A stretch of 63,971 nucleotides of DNA, filler included, from Octopus bimaculoides (lineage: Eukaryota), in assembly GCF_001194135.2 (NCBI RefSeq). It is 6 parts of 5 records of this genome, joined end to end, with 100 filler letters (N's around TTAATTAATTAA, not from the genome) between each part and the next. Parts side by side here need not be neighbours in the genome. Positions count along the whole stretch, not along the records: positions 12,548 to 18,399 come from NC_069009.1; positions 18,500 to 29,282 come from NC_068995.1; 4 more parts are not named here. The stretch is one strand, 5' to 3'. This document shows positions 12,698-26,590 of this stretch, one piece after another; positions within the stretch are counted from its first letter, which is position 1, and the number at the start of each line of letters is the position of its first letter. Below the pieces are notes generated by a model. That model ran no database searches and was not told where the DNA came from. It saw only the letters and a list, made by a program, of their open reading frames with translations. The position numbers and the translations under genes are program-made.

Positions 12698-12916
12698 GAG
12701 GACGGCGAGCTAGCAGAATCGTCAGCACACCAAGCGAAATGCCTAGCAGTATTTCGTCTGCCGCTACGTTCTTAGTTCAAATTCCGCCGAGGTCGACTTT
12801 GCCTTTCATCCTTTCGGGGGTCGATGAAATAAGTACCAGTTATGCACTGTGATCGATGAAATCGTTTAGTCCCCTTCCCTCCAAATTTTCAAGGCCTTGT
12901 GCCAAGAGTAGAAATA
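12698..12916 (+). mobile_element. tRNA-derived SINE family B with 16-bp TSD
   Basis: Head ggcgagctagcagaatcg, B-box-like gttcaaattcc. Flanked by attatttcaaaaatta (12682-12697) and attatttccaaaatta (12917-12932). Confidence 0.8.
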
Positions 12917-13458
12917 ATTATTTCCAAAATTAATCGAAACAGAGCCAGTATATTTCGACAGATATGAGAACAAAACAGCTAAGCACTTCTAGGAGTCTAT
13001 GCCAACCAATGTACAGTATTTTATGCTTATTCACTACTTCGGCAACCAGTGAATTTTAAGGTTACCTGATGAGGTTATAATAAGGTCGAAATATTCCAGA
13101 GTGGTTTCCCCTACTTGTTGAAATAACTAGAACTTTGTTAGCCAATGGTTAATATTGTGTTTTCTTCTTTCTCCTCAACATATAACTATTTCTAGTTCGG
13201 TTATTAATGTTCAGTGTATGTTAACGTTAGCTTATTTATCGATCGATCTGTGTGCTTCGATGCTATTTTATAACTGGCTGCATAAAGAATGTTTAAACTA
13301 ATTTCTCTATCTACCTGTCAAGCAATCAATTTATCGACTGATAGATTGATTAACTCACCTATGTTTTTATTAATCTGTCTATCGATCATATCTATTTATT
13401 TATTTGCCTGCCAACCTACTTACCTATCTAGGTGTCAGCTTATCTATCAGTATATCGC

Positions 13459-13459
<1 letters not shown>

Positions 13460-13527
<68 letters not shown>

Positions 13528-13570
13528 GTCCCCTCTGTGTTCAGCCCTGTGGAGCTAATAAAGAAACATG

Positions 13571-13624
<54 letters not shown>

Positions 13625-13625
13625 A
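13460..13625. repeat. (TCTA)n microsatellites, representative of many (TA)n, (CA)n, (TATG)n and (TAGA)n arrays
   Basis: Direct reading. Similar arrays at 1-460, 3720-3945, 6060-6220, 6660-7070, 18500-18603, 21230-21510, 23360-23480, 57790-58620 and elsewhere. Confidence 0.97.
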
Positions 13626-14759
13626 CACAGTCTCTCTTCCTCAACACACATTTCATATATCGTCTGCTTGTCTACCATTTAAGATTGCCTGTATTAAATA
13701 TATTTATACCATCATAACTTAAATGGGTGCGTGTCTACGTATACGTGCCTGTCTACACTTGTATGTGTGTTTATGTGTACGTGTATGTGTGTGTATGTAT
13801 TTATATCTGTGTATATATCTCTCTCTCACACACACACACACTCTCTCTTTCTCTCTCGCTCACCACGCATTCATATCTCGTCTGGTTGCCTACCATTCCC
13901 GCCCGTTTATTAAACATCTCAGCACTAAATTTAACCTCGAAAAAAAAAAAAAAGCCCCCCAAAACACTGACTAAACTATACAACAAATGAGAAATCGAGA
14001 TGGCTTCTGTTATGCAACAGCACGTTTTCTGAGCTTCCTCCATTTTTTTTCCTTCATAATACCTGGTTATACCCAACGGTGGGGAGCAGCATGGATGTCA
14101 TAACATAATGTTGTTTTCTAACCCTCCACCCTGCAAAACGATTAAAAAAACTTGAAGAATTTTGAGGAAGCAAATATTTAGAAAAACATCTTTTATAGTA
14201 GATTGAGAGGCGAATTGTGTTGCGTTGCAGTTTTTGTTGTAGCTGCTGCTGTTTTTTGTTGATGCTAATATTCTTATTCTAATTGTTTTTACACGAAACA
14301 TTAAAAAAGCACACACAAAACATACATATATACATCACACATACATACACTCACATAACTAAATGCAGAGATGCAAAACACAAAAATAAAAAGAATTGTA
14401 AGGATATATATCATGATATGAAATCTCCCATGGTTTAACGTTGTGTAATTTCAAATTTGGCGATGAAGATTTTATGAGTTATATAATTATTCCCAAGACC
14501 CTCTTCGACTTACTGCAAAACACACAGACTATGCATCATTACAGCAGTTCATTTCGAAGACGGGACTGAGCACGTCGCCAGTCACTGGCCAAATGGTCTA
14601 GGGAATATTCTCATTGATCCTAACCGAAAATAAAGAACTGATGATGAAATAGGGGAAATTATTAAAATATTAAAGGTCAAATCAAATTTTACTATTTTAC
14701 TCTTTTACTTGTTTCAGTCATTTGACTGCGGCCATGCTGGAGCACCGCCTTTAGTCGAT

Positions 14760-15130
14760 CTAGTCCCAGCTTGCATCCCAATAGTAGCAAACAACTGGTC
14801 TGTCCTCTTTATTCAAAGCCGCCTACTAGCTTTCTCTATAGCTTCAGTGACAGAATTTATAGCCCCCTCCCCATCTTTTTGCTGCGCCAATAACTCTAAG
14901 CCCATTCAGAGCTTTGCAGAATGAACGCCACACAAAACCTCGATAGCCCACTTCTGTTTACCCACAACGTTCCTGCCAGCGCCGGTTTCTACACTGTTCT
15001 ACAAACTCTTGATATCTGGCAAGCTTCTTCTCATGAGCTTCTATGTTTTCCTCCACAGTTAGTTCCCAAATGATCACCCGGTTGGTGGGATTTGATTTAA
15101 GACACATCTTGCAGATGTTAAAAGACAGCA
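14760..15130 (-). mobile_element. R2/HERO-like non-LTR retrotransposon, REL endonuclease remnant
   Basis: Minus frames give VIIWELTV-EENIEAHEKKLARYQEFVEQCR…EVGYRGF…AIEKASRRL*IKR, the ELTVPWEE/HERK..KY/EVGCRGF pattern of REL domains. Confidence 0.7.
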
Positions 15131-15310
15131 CAATAGCAGTTCAAGCTATGCAACATATGTTTCTGTAGCAAGGAATTTTTATTGATTATACATGTACGAC
15201 GTCATGAAAATGCCTGCTACGTTTCACACTATTCTGCTAACCAGTCACATGCTGGAAGCTACGAAACTAAGAGCCACGATCAATGTGCTCCCAGAAAACC
15301 AATCAATTAA

Positions 15311-15543
15311 TATTGGGTCGTCCGGAAAGTTCGTGCCGATTTTTAAAGGAAAGAAAAAAGGTCAATAATTACTTGCCATTACATTTTTAATCAACCAAAT
15401 ATGAACCATTTTGTTGCACAATGCGTCTCCATCTTTCCTTTAACTCGAAAATACCCTCTTCCCAGAATTGAGGTGGTTTCATGGCAAATAAGTCGAAAGG
15501 TAAGCTACTGTATATCGGCACGAACTTTCCGGACAACCCAATA
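15311..15543 (-). mobile_element. Internally deleted mariner element (MITE-like)
   Basis: 30-bp TIRs 15311-15340 / 15514-15543 (1 mismatch), TA ends. The interior encodes the mariner C-terminus FWEEGIFELKERWRRIVQQNGSY. Confidence 0.92.
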
Positions 15544-15823
15544 CATACACACATACACAGACATGTAAGCATGTATGTATGCATATATATTTATGTATAT
15601 CTATCTATCCATCCATCTACCCACCCATCTATCTATCTATCTATGACTTCCATGGACTATGGCTATATAAGGGCATACGATAAGATATTGTATTTTTTTA
15701 CCGAAATACCGAGAGAATGTACCACCAACTCATTGAAATACATGAATATTTAAGTATAAAAATATCAACGTTTTCTGCTTTTCTTTCATATTAATATATA
15801 TATATAACACATAAATATACACG

Positions 15824-15856
<33 letters not shown>

Positions 15857-16182
15857 GCATACACACATATATACACACATATATATATACCTAAACACAC
15901 ACACGCATATATATATATATATCATAAATATATATGTGTGTGTGTACATATTTATTATGAATGCATATTTATGTGTGAAAGTGTGTGCGTGTATATGTTT
16001 GCATGTGTGTATGTGCGTGTGCGGGTGTGGGTGTGTATTTTACAGTTCAGTTCACACAAAGGTGGAGAGACGCTCCCTGTTGTATTTAGTTACAGAGAAC
16101 AACATCTCTTGAGACACTAAACGAGTGAAAAAAAACACACATCACTGAAATTACGCCGAAACACAGGTGTCGGACGGTCTTC

Positions 16183-16198
16183 TGACGTCATTTGGCGC
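16183..16198 (+). promoter_or_regulatory. Adjacent CRE (TGACGTCA) and E2F-like (TTTGGCGC) motifs
   Basis: Exact motifs at 16183-16190 and 16191-16198 in a CpG-rich unique patch. Confidence 0.35.
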
Positions 16199-17269
16199 TC
16201 GTTGTGTTTCTAATGCACGACGTCTCTGAGAGGGTGTGGCCGTTCGAGACTAAATGCTACAATGAACGTTTGTGTATTCATAAACCTTTTTATAAACGGT
16301 GTCGGCAATGTTATTTTAATAACTACTATTGCAGGTGTTTGTAATGATAGGTATGTACGTATGTATGTATGTATGTATGTATGTATGTGCAAATTTGTAT
16401 GTATGCACGTATGTATGTGCAGACTTGTATGTTTTATGTATGTATTCTCATGCATATAGTTACATATCTAGACATGCTCATATATATTTAAATGATAAAC
16501 TTCTGGAAAGTTTCACAGATTTTTACAGTTCCAGTGATGGATTGAATCTGTAGTCTTCGAATCAGCTTTCCTCTTTCTGGTTTTGAGAAGATTAATTTCT
16601 CAAGATTGGTACTATGTATGTATGTATGTATGTATGTATGTATATATTACTGAATATATTATACATATTATATATTCTATATCCTACATTAATATTATAA
16701 GAATATAAATAAAANNNNNNNNNNNNNNNNNNNNNNNNNNNNNNNNNNNNNNNNNNNNNNNNNNNNNNNNNNNNNNNNNNNNNNNNNNNNNNNNNNNNNN
16801 NNNNNNNNNNNNNNTATATATATATGTGTGTGTGTGTGTGTGTATGTGTGTATATATATGTATACATCAGTGTTTTCTTTATTCTCCATTACTCCACTTC
16901 CTCGTAAACATCCTGATTTCAACGCTCTTCACACACCCATGTGCTAAGAAAAAGAATGTAGTCTTGTCTATACAGTGTTAATTATTAGATAACAATTAAC
17001 AGCTTTATATTAATTAAATGCTAATTAACTTCCTTTAAAACCCACCATTAAGGAAAATGCATCGAACAAAAACTATGTGAAGAATCGTAAACGAATTCTT
17101 TTTTCAGCCTAAAAACAATTTCTTCACTGGAAGCCCCGAAAATATCGCTTTGCGTCCCTGAAATTGACCCCAGCCCCAGAGGAAGGGAGGAGATTTCCTC
17201 CAAGATTACTAATTACTGATTTAGATTAAATCAGTAATTAGATATTTATTTTGTTCTACGGTGCAGGCT

Positions 17270-17421
17270 TGGCTGTGAGGTAAGAAGCTTGCTTCCCAAC
17301 CACATGGTTCTGGGTTCAGTTCCACTGCGTGACACCTTGAGCAAGTGTTTTCTACTATAGCCTCGGGCTCACCAAAGCCTTGTGAGTGGATTTGGTAGAC
17401 GGAAACCGAAAGAAGCCTGTC

Positions 17422-17458
<37 letters not shown>

Positions 17459-17460
17459 TG

Positions 17461-17509
<49 letters not shown>

Positions 17510-17690
17510 ATGTATGTGAGTCTGTGTGTGTTTGACACCACTCCTACCCCATTACCGCTTGACAACTGGTGTTAGTGTGTTTATGTCCCTGTAACTTAGT
17601 GATTCGGCAAAAAAAGAACGATAGAATAAGTTCTAGGCTTGAGAAAATAGTCCTGGGACGAATTTGTTCGAGTAATACCTTTCAAGGCGG
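17270..17690 (+). mobile_element. SINE family A (most abundant SINE in the window)
   Basis: Head ggctgtg.ggtaagaagcttgcttcccaaccacatggttc.gggttcag, CORE-like ccttg.gcaagt, central (TA/TG)n and conserved 3' half. More than 12 copies in the window. Confidence 0.85.
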
Positions 17691-18523
17691 GACTGAACCC
17701 GGAACCATGTGGTTGGGAAGCAAGCTTCTTAACCCGCAAGGTTAAGCTACTCCTAGCTACACATGGTCACTCAAAATGCTGAAAGTAGCAGCTAAATGTC
17801 CCTCTGAGAGCTTCCGTAACGTCCCAGGATGGGGGGGAAAGTGGTGCACATCTGATATAACGTAGCTCTGGATATGCAACACCCGATCCCTCCAAAGAAA
17901 GTGAACTAAATGGGATAGTCGAGGATGGAGCGCAATTAGCCATAGATGATCTGCTGGATCAGGGTCTGATCTGAGAGCTATACAACGACAGCAATAAAAA
18001 AGATAATCATTACTATAGCCGCTACTCACACCGCCGCCATCTTCATTCTCATATTTTTTCCATCGTTAACACAATTCCGACACAGTGTTGTCGCTGCTAC
18101 GCTAACCGACATTAACATTCATACCAGCACCATCACCACTACAAACACTACTATCACCACCACCACCGCCACCGCCGCCGCCACCACCACCTCCACTGCC
18201 ACCATGTGGTGGTGGTATAGCGCGGTGGCGGCGGCGGCGGCGGCTGTGAGAGTGTTCGTAGTGATGATGGTGGTGGTGGTGGAGGTGATGATTGTGGTGT
18301 TGTTATGGTAGTGGTGGTGGTGGTGGTGATGGGGACGGTGATTATGGTAGTGGTGGTAGTAGTGGTGATGGTGGTGGTATTTATGGTGATGGTGGTGGTN
18401 NNNNNNNNNNNNNNNNNNNNNNNNNNNNNNNNNNNNNNNNNNNTTAATTAATTAANNNNNNNNNNNNNNNNNNNNNNNNNNNNNNNNNNNNNNNNNNNNA
18501 TATATATATATATATATATATAT

Positions 18524-18602
<79 letters not shown>

Positions 18603-18603
18603 T

Positions 18604-18893
18604 ACAGGAGTGGCTGTGTGGTAAGTAGCTGCTTACCAACCACATGGTTCTGGGTTAACTCTCACTGTTATATATATATATATATGCGTATGTATATGTG
18701 TGTCTGTGTTTCTCTCCCCAACACCGTTCGACAACCGATGCTGGTGTGTTTACGTCCTCGTAAACTAGCGGTTCAGCAAAAGAACCGATAGAATAAGTAC
18801 TAGGCTTACAAAAAATAAGTCCTGGGGTCGAATTGCTCGACTAAAGGCGGTGCTCCAGCATGGCCGCAGTCAAATGATTGAAACATGTAAAAA
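18604..18893 (+). mobile_element. SINE family A, internally deleted
   Basis: Head joined directly to the microsatellite and 3' half, ending gcatggccgcagtcaaatgattgaaaca. Confidence 0.8.
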
Positions 18894-19554
18894 GAGTATA
18901 TTTATATATATGATGGACTCTCCAGTCTGTTTCGACGTATGAGGTTTCTACCACGTACCTTTCTTTGTCAGTCATAATAATTATGTCGAATATGACATTT
19001 AAGTACCGCCATCGATTTTCAAAGAAGGCCACAGATGTTGTAAGTAAGAGTATTACAGGTCAGTACAGGTGGTATGTTTTCTCCGTTGCCTCTATATAAA
19101 TAGATTCAATAAACCTTTTGAATTCGAAGTATGTATGATTTTCTTCCTTTCAAATTAAATAGGTAGCGTCGGCGCAAATAAAGATATTTTGGGGCAAATG
19201 GTTAAAAAAGTTCCCTGACCTCTGGGTTAGTGTAATATTGTGGTATTTAATCTTGTCGAATCTAAATGAAAAAATGTCAAAATGAACGGCGAAGTGAAAG
19301 ACGGGATCCCGAAGCCATTTAATCTGGTTAGTACCCGATTAATTCTACTTTTACTCCTATCATTCAAAACGGTAGTGTGTTGCATTAATGTTGTTTCTTT
19401 TCTATTATGTAGAAGGAGCATTGTACAAACAGTGTATAAATTTTACACTAGTGGTGCATTCTTCAACTCCAAAGAAGAATACAACAAAATGGAATGCAGT
19501 GGTGATTCAAGTGGGGATATTATTAAACAGAATAACAGGCATAGTTGTCTAATA

Positions 19555-20000
19555 AGAAGTTTGTTTTCCAAACACATGGCTTCGAGTTCAGTACCTTAGA
19601 ATGCAAGCTTGGGCAAGTGGCTTCTACGATAGCCCTGAGCCGACCAAAGTCTTGTGAGTCGATATGATGGATAGAGACTGAAGGAAACCTATCGAACATG
19701 TGTGTTTGTGTATACATGTATGTGTATGTGTGTATGTATGTGTTTGTGTGTGTGCATATGTACATGTGTGTGTGTATGTGTGTGTGCGTGTGTGTGGTTT
19801 TTGTGGTTACGTTTTACCCTACCACCGCTTGAAGTACAGTGTTGGTTTGTTTACATCTCCGTAATTTAGTGGTTCGGCTTATAAGCCCGATAGAATAAGT
19901 GGCAGGCTTCAAAGAATCAGTACGGGGTCGATTTATTCGACTAAAATCCTTGAAGGTGGTACCCCAGCATGACTGCAGTCTCATTACTGAAAGATGTGAA
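19555..20000 (+). mobile_element. SINE family A
   Basis: Similar to the copies at 17270 and 60345. Confidence 0.75.
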
Positions 20001-20549
20001 CGATAAAAGATAACTGAGCCAACACTCTGGTACAAATATACGAAACTAAAGGTATCATAAATTAGTTGTAAAATTTCTGTATTTCACGCGAATCGATGAC
20101 ATCATGAAAGTGAAATAACTATAAATGGGAACTGAAACTAGATCTTGGCCTCAGTTTGTCTATTCACAAATGTCTATTTAACAACCCGTTTCTTATAGTT
20201 TCACAAAGATAAATGTGAACTCAGTTCTAGGAGGAAAGTAGAGAAATGCCAAATATTTTATTGCCGTTCTCTACGTTCCCGCCATTACACTGGCGTCTTG
20301 TAATAAAGGTGTCTTGTATTATTTATTCCTTTTTCTTTCTATTTCATTGTTTCTCTCATTAGACTGCAGCCATGCTGAGGTGTCTCCTTGAATGATTTTA
20401 GTCGAATGAATTGTCGCAAGTGCTTTTATTTTAAAGTCTGGTACTCATTCTATCAGGTCTTTTACGGGGAAGTAAACACATCTACACCGGTTGTCAAGCC
20501 GTGGTGGGGGACAAACACTGACAGAAAGAGACCCATGTATATATATATA

Positions 20550-21080
20550 CTAGCTAATGTACCCGGTAATTCCCGGGAAGGCGTGACTTATCCCTTGGTT
20601 CCAATAACAACAACACAAAGCTATGTAGCCCTTAAAACGGTTTTTGTGCATTTACAGAGAATATCAAACTGTCTTACACAGAATCTTGTTTTTGGAAATT
20701 TCCAGTAAGTTATGAATACTGAAATTGTGAAGTCAGTTATGTAATAACATGAAATTAGTTACCCGATAGTAAAAATTAAACTAAAGTAGCTCCGAAAAGG
20801 GCTTTAATGCGTTCCCAGAGTATATAGAACTTAGGTATATATACTAAAATCATGAAGCATGTTACGTAATAACAGGCTAATCAGATATGAGATAATAACA
20901 ATTCAAAGTAAATAACTCTGAAAAGGGCTTTTGTGCGTTCCCAGAGAATATTACCCTCAGCGGCGCTAGTATTGGCATAATCATAAATAAGTCACTAACC
21001 GAAATAAGTGGATTTATTGTTTAGGAAAATACTATTTAATTGTTTAAGAATTTCCCACATGGGTAGTAGATACTTATATA
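20550..21080 (-). mobile_element. Non-autonomous Helitron
   Basis: Minus-strand 3' end has a cccgg/ccggg hairpin (20562-20577) followed by CTAG|T (20550-20553). Internal ~35-bp direct repeat (gaaaagggcttt..tgcgttcccagag) near 20795 and 20920. Confidence 0.6.
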
Positions 21081-21109
21081 TAAGTATATACTACACATGT
21101 GGGAAATTC
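21048..21109. repeat. 62-bp spacerless palindrome
   Basis: 31-nt arms with 29/31 complementary, centred on TATA|TATA. Confidence 0.92.
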
Positions 21110-21250
21110 TGTCTGTGGGTGTGTTTGTGGAGTTGAAGACATATGCCTAAGGTTGCATGCAATGGGAGTGTACCAAGAAACACGTAGCTGGGAAGCAAGT
21201 TTCTTACTACACAGCCATTCTGGCGCATATGTATGTATATATATATATAA

Positions 21251-21329
<79 letters not shown>

Positions 21330-21510
21330 CATATAAATACATATATATATAAATATATATATACATATATATACATACATATATATTTATATATATTCAT
21401 ATATACTTTCATATATACATATATGCATGCATGCATACATACATACATACATACATACATACATACATACATACATACATACATACATACAATATATATA
21501 TATATATATA

Positions 21511-22484
21511 TACATCCCAAAATTAAGGCAACCAGCTTTTTACAATTTTGGCAAAGCAAAATATTGTTATAGTTCGGGTACGAGCGTTGTAATGCAATGG
21601 TAAAGGAAACACAGTTATGACACTACTACATTCGATATGAATACCTCTGTTTCGAATCACAGCCTTAAATTTAGGTGCGGTGATCGAGGGTTCTTCAGGG
21701 CCATACATCCTTGCCTATGAATGATGGAATGCTTTTCTTAATCCAGTGTTATGTATGTTTGGAACTGTGGGATGGTGTTGAGTCCTGTTGGAGACTCCAA
21801 ACTGCGTCTTCAGAGTGCTCATTCGCCCATGAAAAAAACAGTATAGCTTCCAGAATGTCGTAATGTATCGTTGGGTATAAATTTTAACACCTGAGTGTAC
21901 AAAAACCGTAACTGACTGTAGATTTTGACGTCGATGTACGAGTTTACCATTGACAGAGACAGACACACTCCAAAGTCGGTGGTTCTTGTGGTTTGCTGTC
22001 TGTCTGATGTTAAATTTCTTTTCATAGCAATCTAACGCAGGATAAGACGACTTCTCCAGTCTCATGGCCTTATAAACTTACGTGGACTTATAACGGCAGA
22101 TTAACTTGTAGGGTTGGGTTCTCAGATCCTTTTTCGGCTTTCGATACATCAATGTTGGGCTTACTTTTGCTGTGGCAGCCAGTTTTCTGACAGAACGACG
22201 AGGATTTTGGTGTACCATTTCTCTGGTACTTTTTATACGCTGAAACCAGTCTCGTGGAATTTCTTGACTAATTTCCAGACTGTTGTTCGGTTAATTTTAA
22301 GCTTTTTTGTTATAGCTGTATTACTTTCGCCTACTTTCTGGAAGGTTATGATTTTATTTTCGTCCATAGCTATTATCTAATTTATAGAAGCAAAAAGAAA
22401 ACACACTAAGGTTTAATAATGAGGTATTATTGATAGTTATTAAATCCAGAAACATCGGTTACCTTAATTTCGGTGTACTCTGTA
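21511..22484 (-). mobile_element. Decayed Tc1/mariner-superfamily transposon (maT-like)
   Basis: Imperfect TIRs (…aaattaaggcaacc 21511-21533 / ggttaccttaatttcggtgtactctgta 22457-22484). HTH region KLKINRTTVWKLVKKFHETG, then EKKFNI…HKNHRLW, FIGKDVWP and KAVIRNRG.HIE. Confidence 0.78.
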
Positions 22485-22666
22485 TATATGACAGGCTTCT
22501 TTTAGTTTCCGTCTACCAAATCCATTCACAAGGCTTTGGTAGGCCCGAGGCCATAGTAGAAGACTATGGGACTGAAACTGGAACTATGTGGTTGGGAAGC
22601 AAACGTCTTACCACATAACCACGCCTGCGCCTATTATATATATATACTCTTCTGATTGATACTATG

Positions 22667-22721
<55 letters not shown>

Positions 22722-23364
22722 GATACGAAATTTGATTTATATTCTTGAGCAGACCTTCTATAGGTTTCACATTTGCTTTAAACAATAGAAAAACAAATAT
22801 CAAACAGAAAGGAAAACTAAAACCCAAAGAGGATTTATTTAACAAAATGCTGCAAGGTGGATATTATCTGTTGCACGGAGATAAAGCAATCACACGAGAA
22901 GAGACGTAAACAGAAACAAGAGAATGCATTCATTCATCTAGTTGAACTCGGGTTATCGAGTTATCTTCAATGAGAAAATATAAGAAACTTTGAAGAAACA
23001 TTTTCTGAACTGAAACTACTCATTTGTCTCACATTTCCATTAGGTCACTAGGAGAAAAGATTTCGTTGATATTGTGTTGTTGTCTTTATTTTGTTTTCTT
23101 TAGATTGTCATGTGTACCTTTAATGGGACTCTGAAATAAATAAAGAATGAAATATACTACCCACTCCCATAAACACCCATTATTCTCCTCAAAATTCAAA
23201 GGTTAACACCAGTTTCGTAATTTATAGCTTCTAAACATTGATGGCATTCCTCGTCTCCATATGTGTGACAATAAAAACACTCGAAGCACATATACATAAC
23301 ACAGTCATATAAATATGTTTATGCGTGACTAACAAATTAAATACGCGCTCATGTCTATGTATGG

Positions 23365-23397
<33 letters not shown>

Positions 23398-24445
23398 GAT
23401 ATATATATATATATATATTTATACATATGTGTGTGTGTATTTATATATATATATTTATATATATATATATATATATATNNNNNNNNNNNNNNNNNNNNNN
23501 NNNNNNNNNNNNNNNNNNNNNNNNNNNNNNNNNNNNNNNNNNNNNNNNNNNNNNNNNNNNNNNNNNNNNNNNNNNNNNNNNNNNNNNNNNNNNNNNNNNN
23601 NNNNNNNNNNNNNNNNNNNNNNNNNNNNNNNNNNNNNNNNNNNNNNNNNNNNNNNNNNNNNNNNNNNNNNNNNNNNNNNNNNNNNNNNNNNNNNNNNNNN
23701 NNNNNNNNNNNNNNNNNNNNNNNNNNNNNNNNNNNNNNNNNNNNNNNNNNNNNNNNNNNNNNNNNNNNNNNNNNNNNNNNNNNNNNNNNNNNNNNNNNNN
23801 NNNNNNNNNNNNNNNNNNNNNNNNNNNNNNNNNNNNNNNNNNNNNNNNNNNNNNNNNNNNNNNNNNNNNNNNNNNNNNNNNNNNNNNNNNNNNNNNNNNN
23901 NNNNNNNNNNNNNNNNNNNNNNNNNNNNNNNNNNNNNNNNNNNNNNNNNNNNNNNNNNNNNNNNNNNNNNNNNNNNNNNNNNNNNNNNNNNNNNNNNNNN
24001 NNNNNNNNNNNNNNNNNNNNNNNNNNNNNNNNNNNNNNNNNNNNNNNNNNNNNNNNNNNNNNNNNNNNNNNNNNNNNNNNNNNNNNNNNNNNNNNNNNNN
24101 NNNNNNNNNNNNNNNNNNNNNNNNNNNNNNNNNNNNNNNNNNNNNNNNNNNNNNNNNNNNNNNNNNNNNNNNNNNNNNNNNNNNNNNNNNNNNNNNNNNN
24201 NNNNNNNNNNNNNNNNNNNNNNNNNNNNNNNNNNNNNNNNNNNNNNNNNNNNNNNNNNNNNNNNNNNNNNNNNNNNNNNNNNNNNNNNNNNNNNNNNNNN
24301 NNNNNNNNNNNNNNNNNNNNNNNNNNNNNNNNNNNNNNNNNNNNNNNNNNNNNNNNNNNNNNNNNNNNNNNNNNNNNNNNNNNNNNNNNNNNNNNNNNNN
24401 NNNNNNNNNNNNNNNNNNNNNNNNNNNNNNNNNNNNNNNNNNNNN

Positions 24446-25571
<1,126 letters not shown>

Positions 25572-26503
25572 NNNNNNNNNNNNNNNNNNNNNNNNNNNNN
25601 NNNNNNNNNNNNNNNNNNNNNNNNNNNNNNNNNNNNNNNNNNNNNNNNNNNNNNNNNNNNNNNNNNNNNNNNNNNNNNNNNNNNNNNNNNNNNNNNNNNN
25701 NNNNNNNNNNNNNNNNNNNNNNNNNNNNNNNNNNNNNNNNNNNNNNNNNNNNNNNNNNNNNNNNNNNNNNNNNNNNNNNNNNNNNNNNNNNNNNNNNNNN
25801 NNNNNNNNNNNNNNNNNNNNNNNNNNNNNNNNNNNNNNNNNNNNNNNNNNNNNNNNNNNNNNNNNNNNNNNNNNNNNNNNNNNNNNNNNNNNNNNNNNNN
25901 NNNNNNNNNNNNNNNNNNNNNNNNNNNNNNNNNNNNNNNNNNNNNNNNNNNNNNNNNNNNNNNNNNNNNNNNNNNNNNNNNNNNNNNNNNNNNNNNNNNN
26001 NNNNNNNNNNNNNNNNNNNNNNNNNNNNNNNNNNNNNNNNNNNNNNNNNNNNNNNNNNNNNNNNNNNNNNNNNNNNNNNATATATAAGGTGTACTCTTGG
26101 CGTTCGTGTGTAAGAATATATGCATGTATGTAGGTTGATGTGAGCGCTTGTGTATGAGCATAAGACCATTGTTTTATGCTTGATACTATGTTTACAACAA
26201 TAAGTCTCCCGGCTAGATTACCACGAGGCGTGACCTGCTAAATGGTTTCTAGACCCAATCATAAATTATTGTAGTGTAGCCGCAACATCAAAGGCGCCCG
26301 GTCGACTGTAAGCAATTACTTACACAAGGCAAAGTGGTTTTACTCAGAAAAGATAAAGTGCATATCACTTTAGTTTTAATACAGATGATTATTTTAGGTG
26401 CCATATTGCTTTGTGCAAAGATACAACACGCACTCTAAGGCAAACGCAAATAGAGATATACATATATACACTCACGTATACACATAAATGCATATATACA
26501 CAT

Positions 26504-26555
<52 letters not shown>

Positions 26556-26559
26556 TACA

Positions 26560-26590
<31 letters not shown>

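Larger units (their letters stand above)
20335..21228 (-). mobile_element. SINE family A split by a Helitron insertion
   Basis: 3' half at 20335-20545 and head at about 21130-21228, separated by unrelated sequence starting at the central (TA)n. Confidence 0.65.

Noticed and set aside
13066-13091. CTGATGA…GAAA hammerhead candidate
   Set aside because: Stem II is mostly wobble or mismatch, and no stem I or III partner was found.
19282-19599. 105-aa ORF MNGEVKDGIPKPFNL…
   Set aside because: No recognisable homology, it ends inside a SINE, and splicing at the obvious gttagt/tgtag sites gives a stop.
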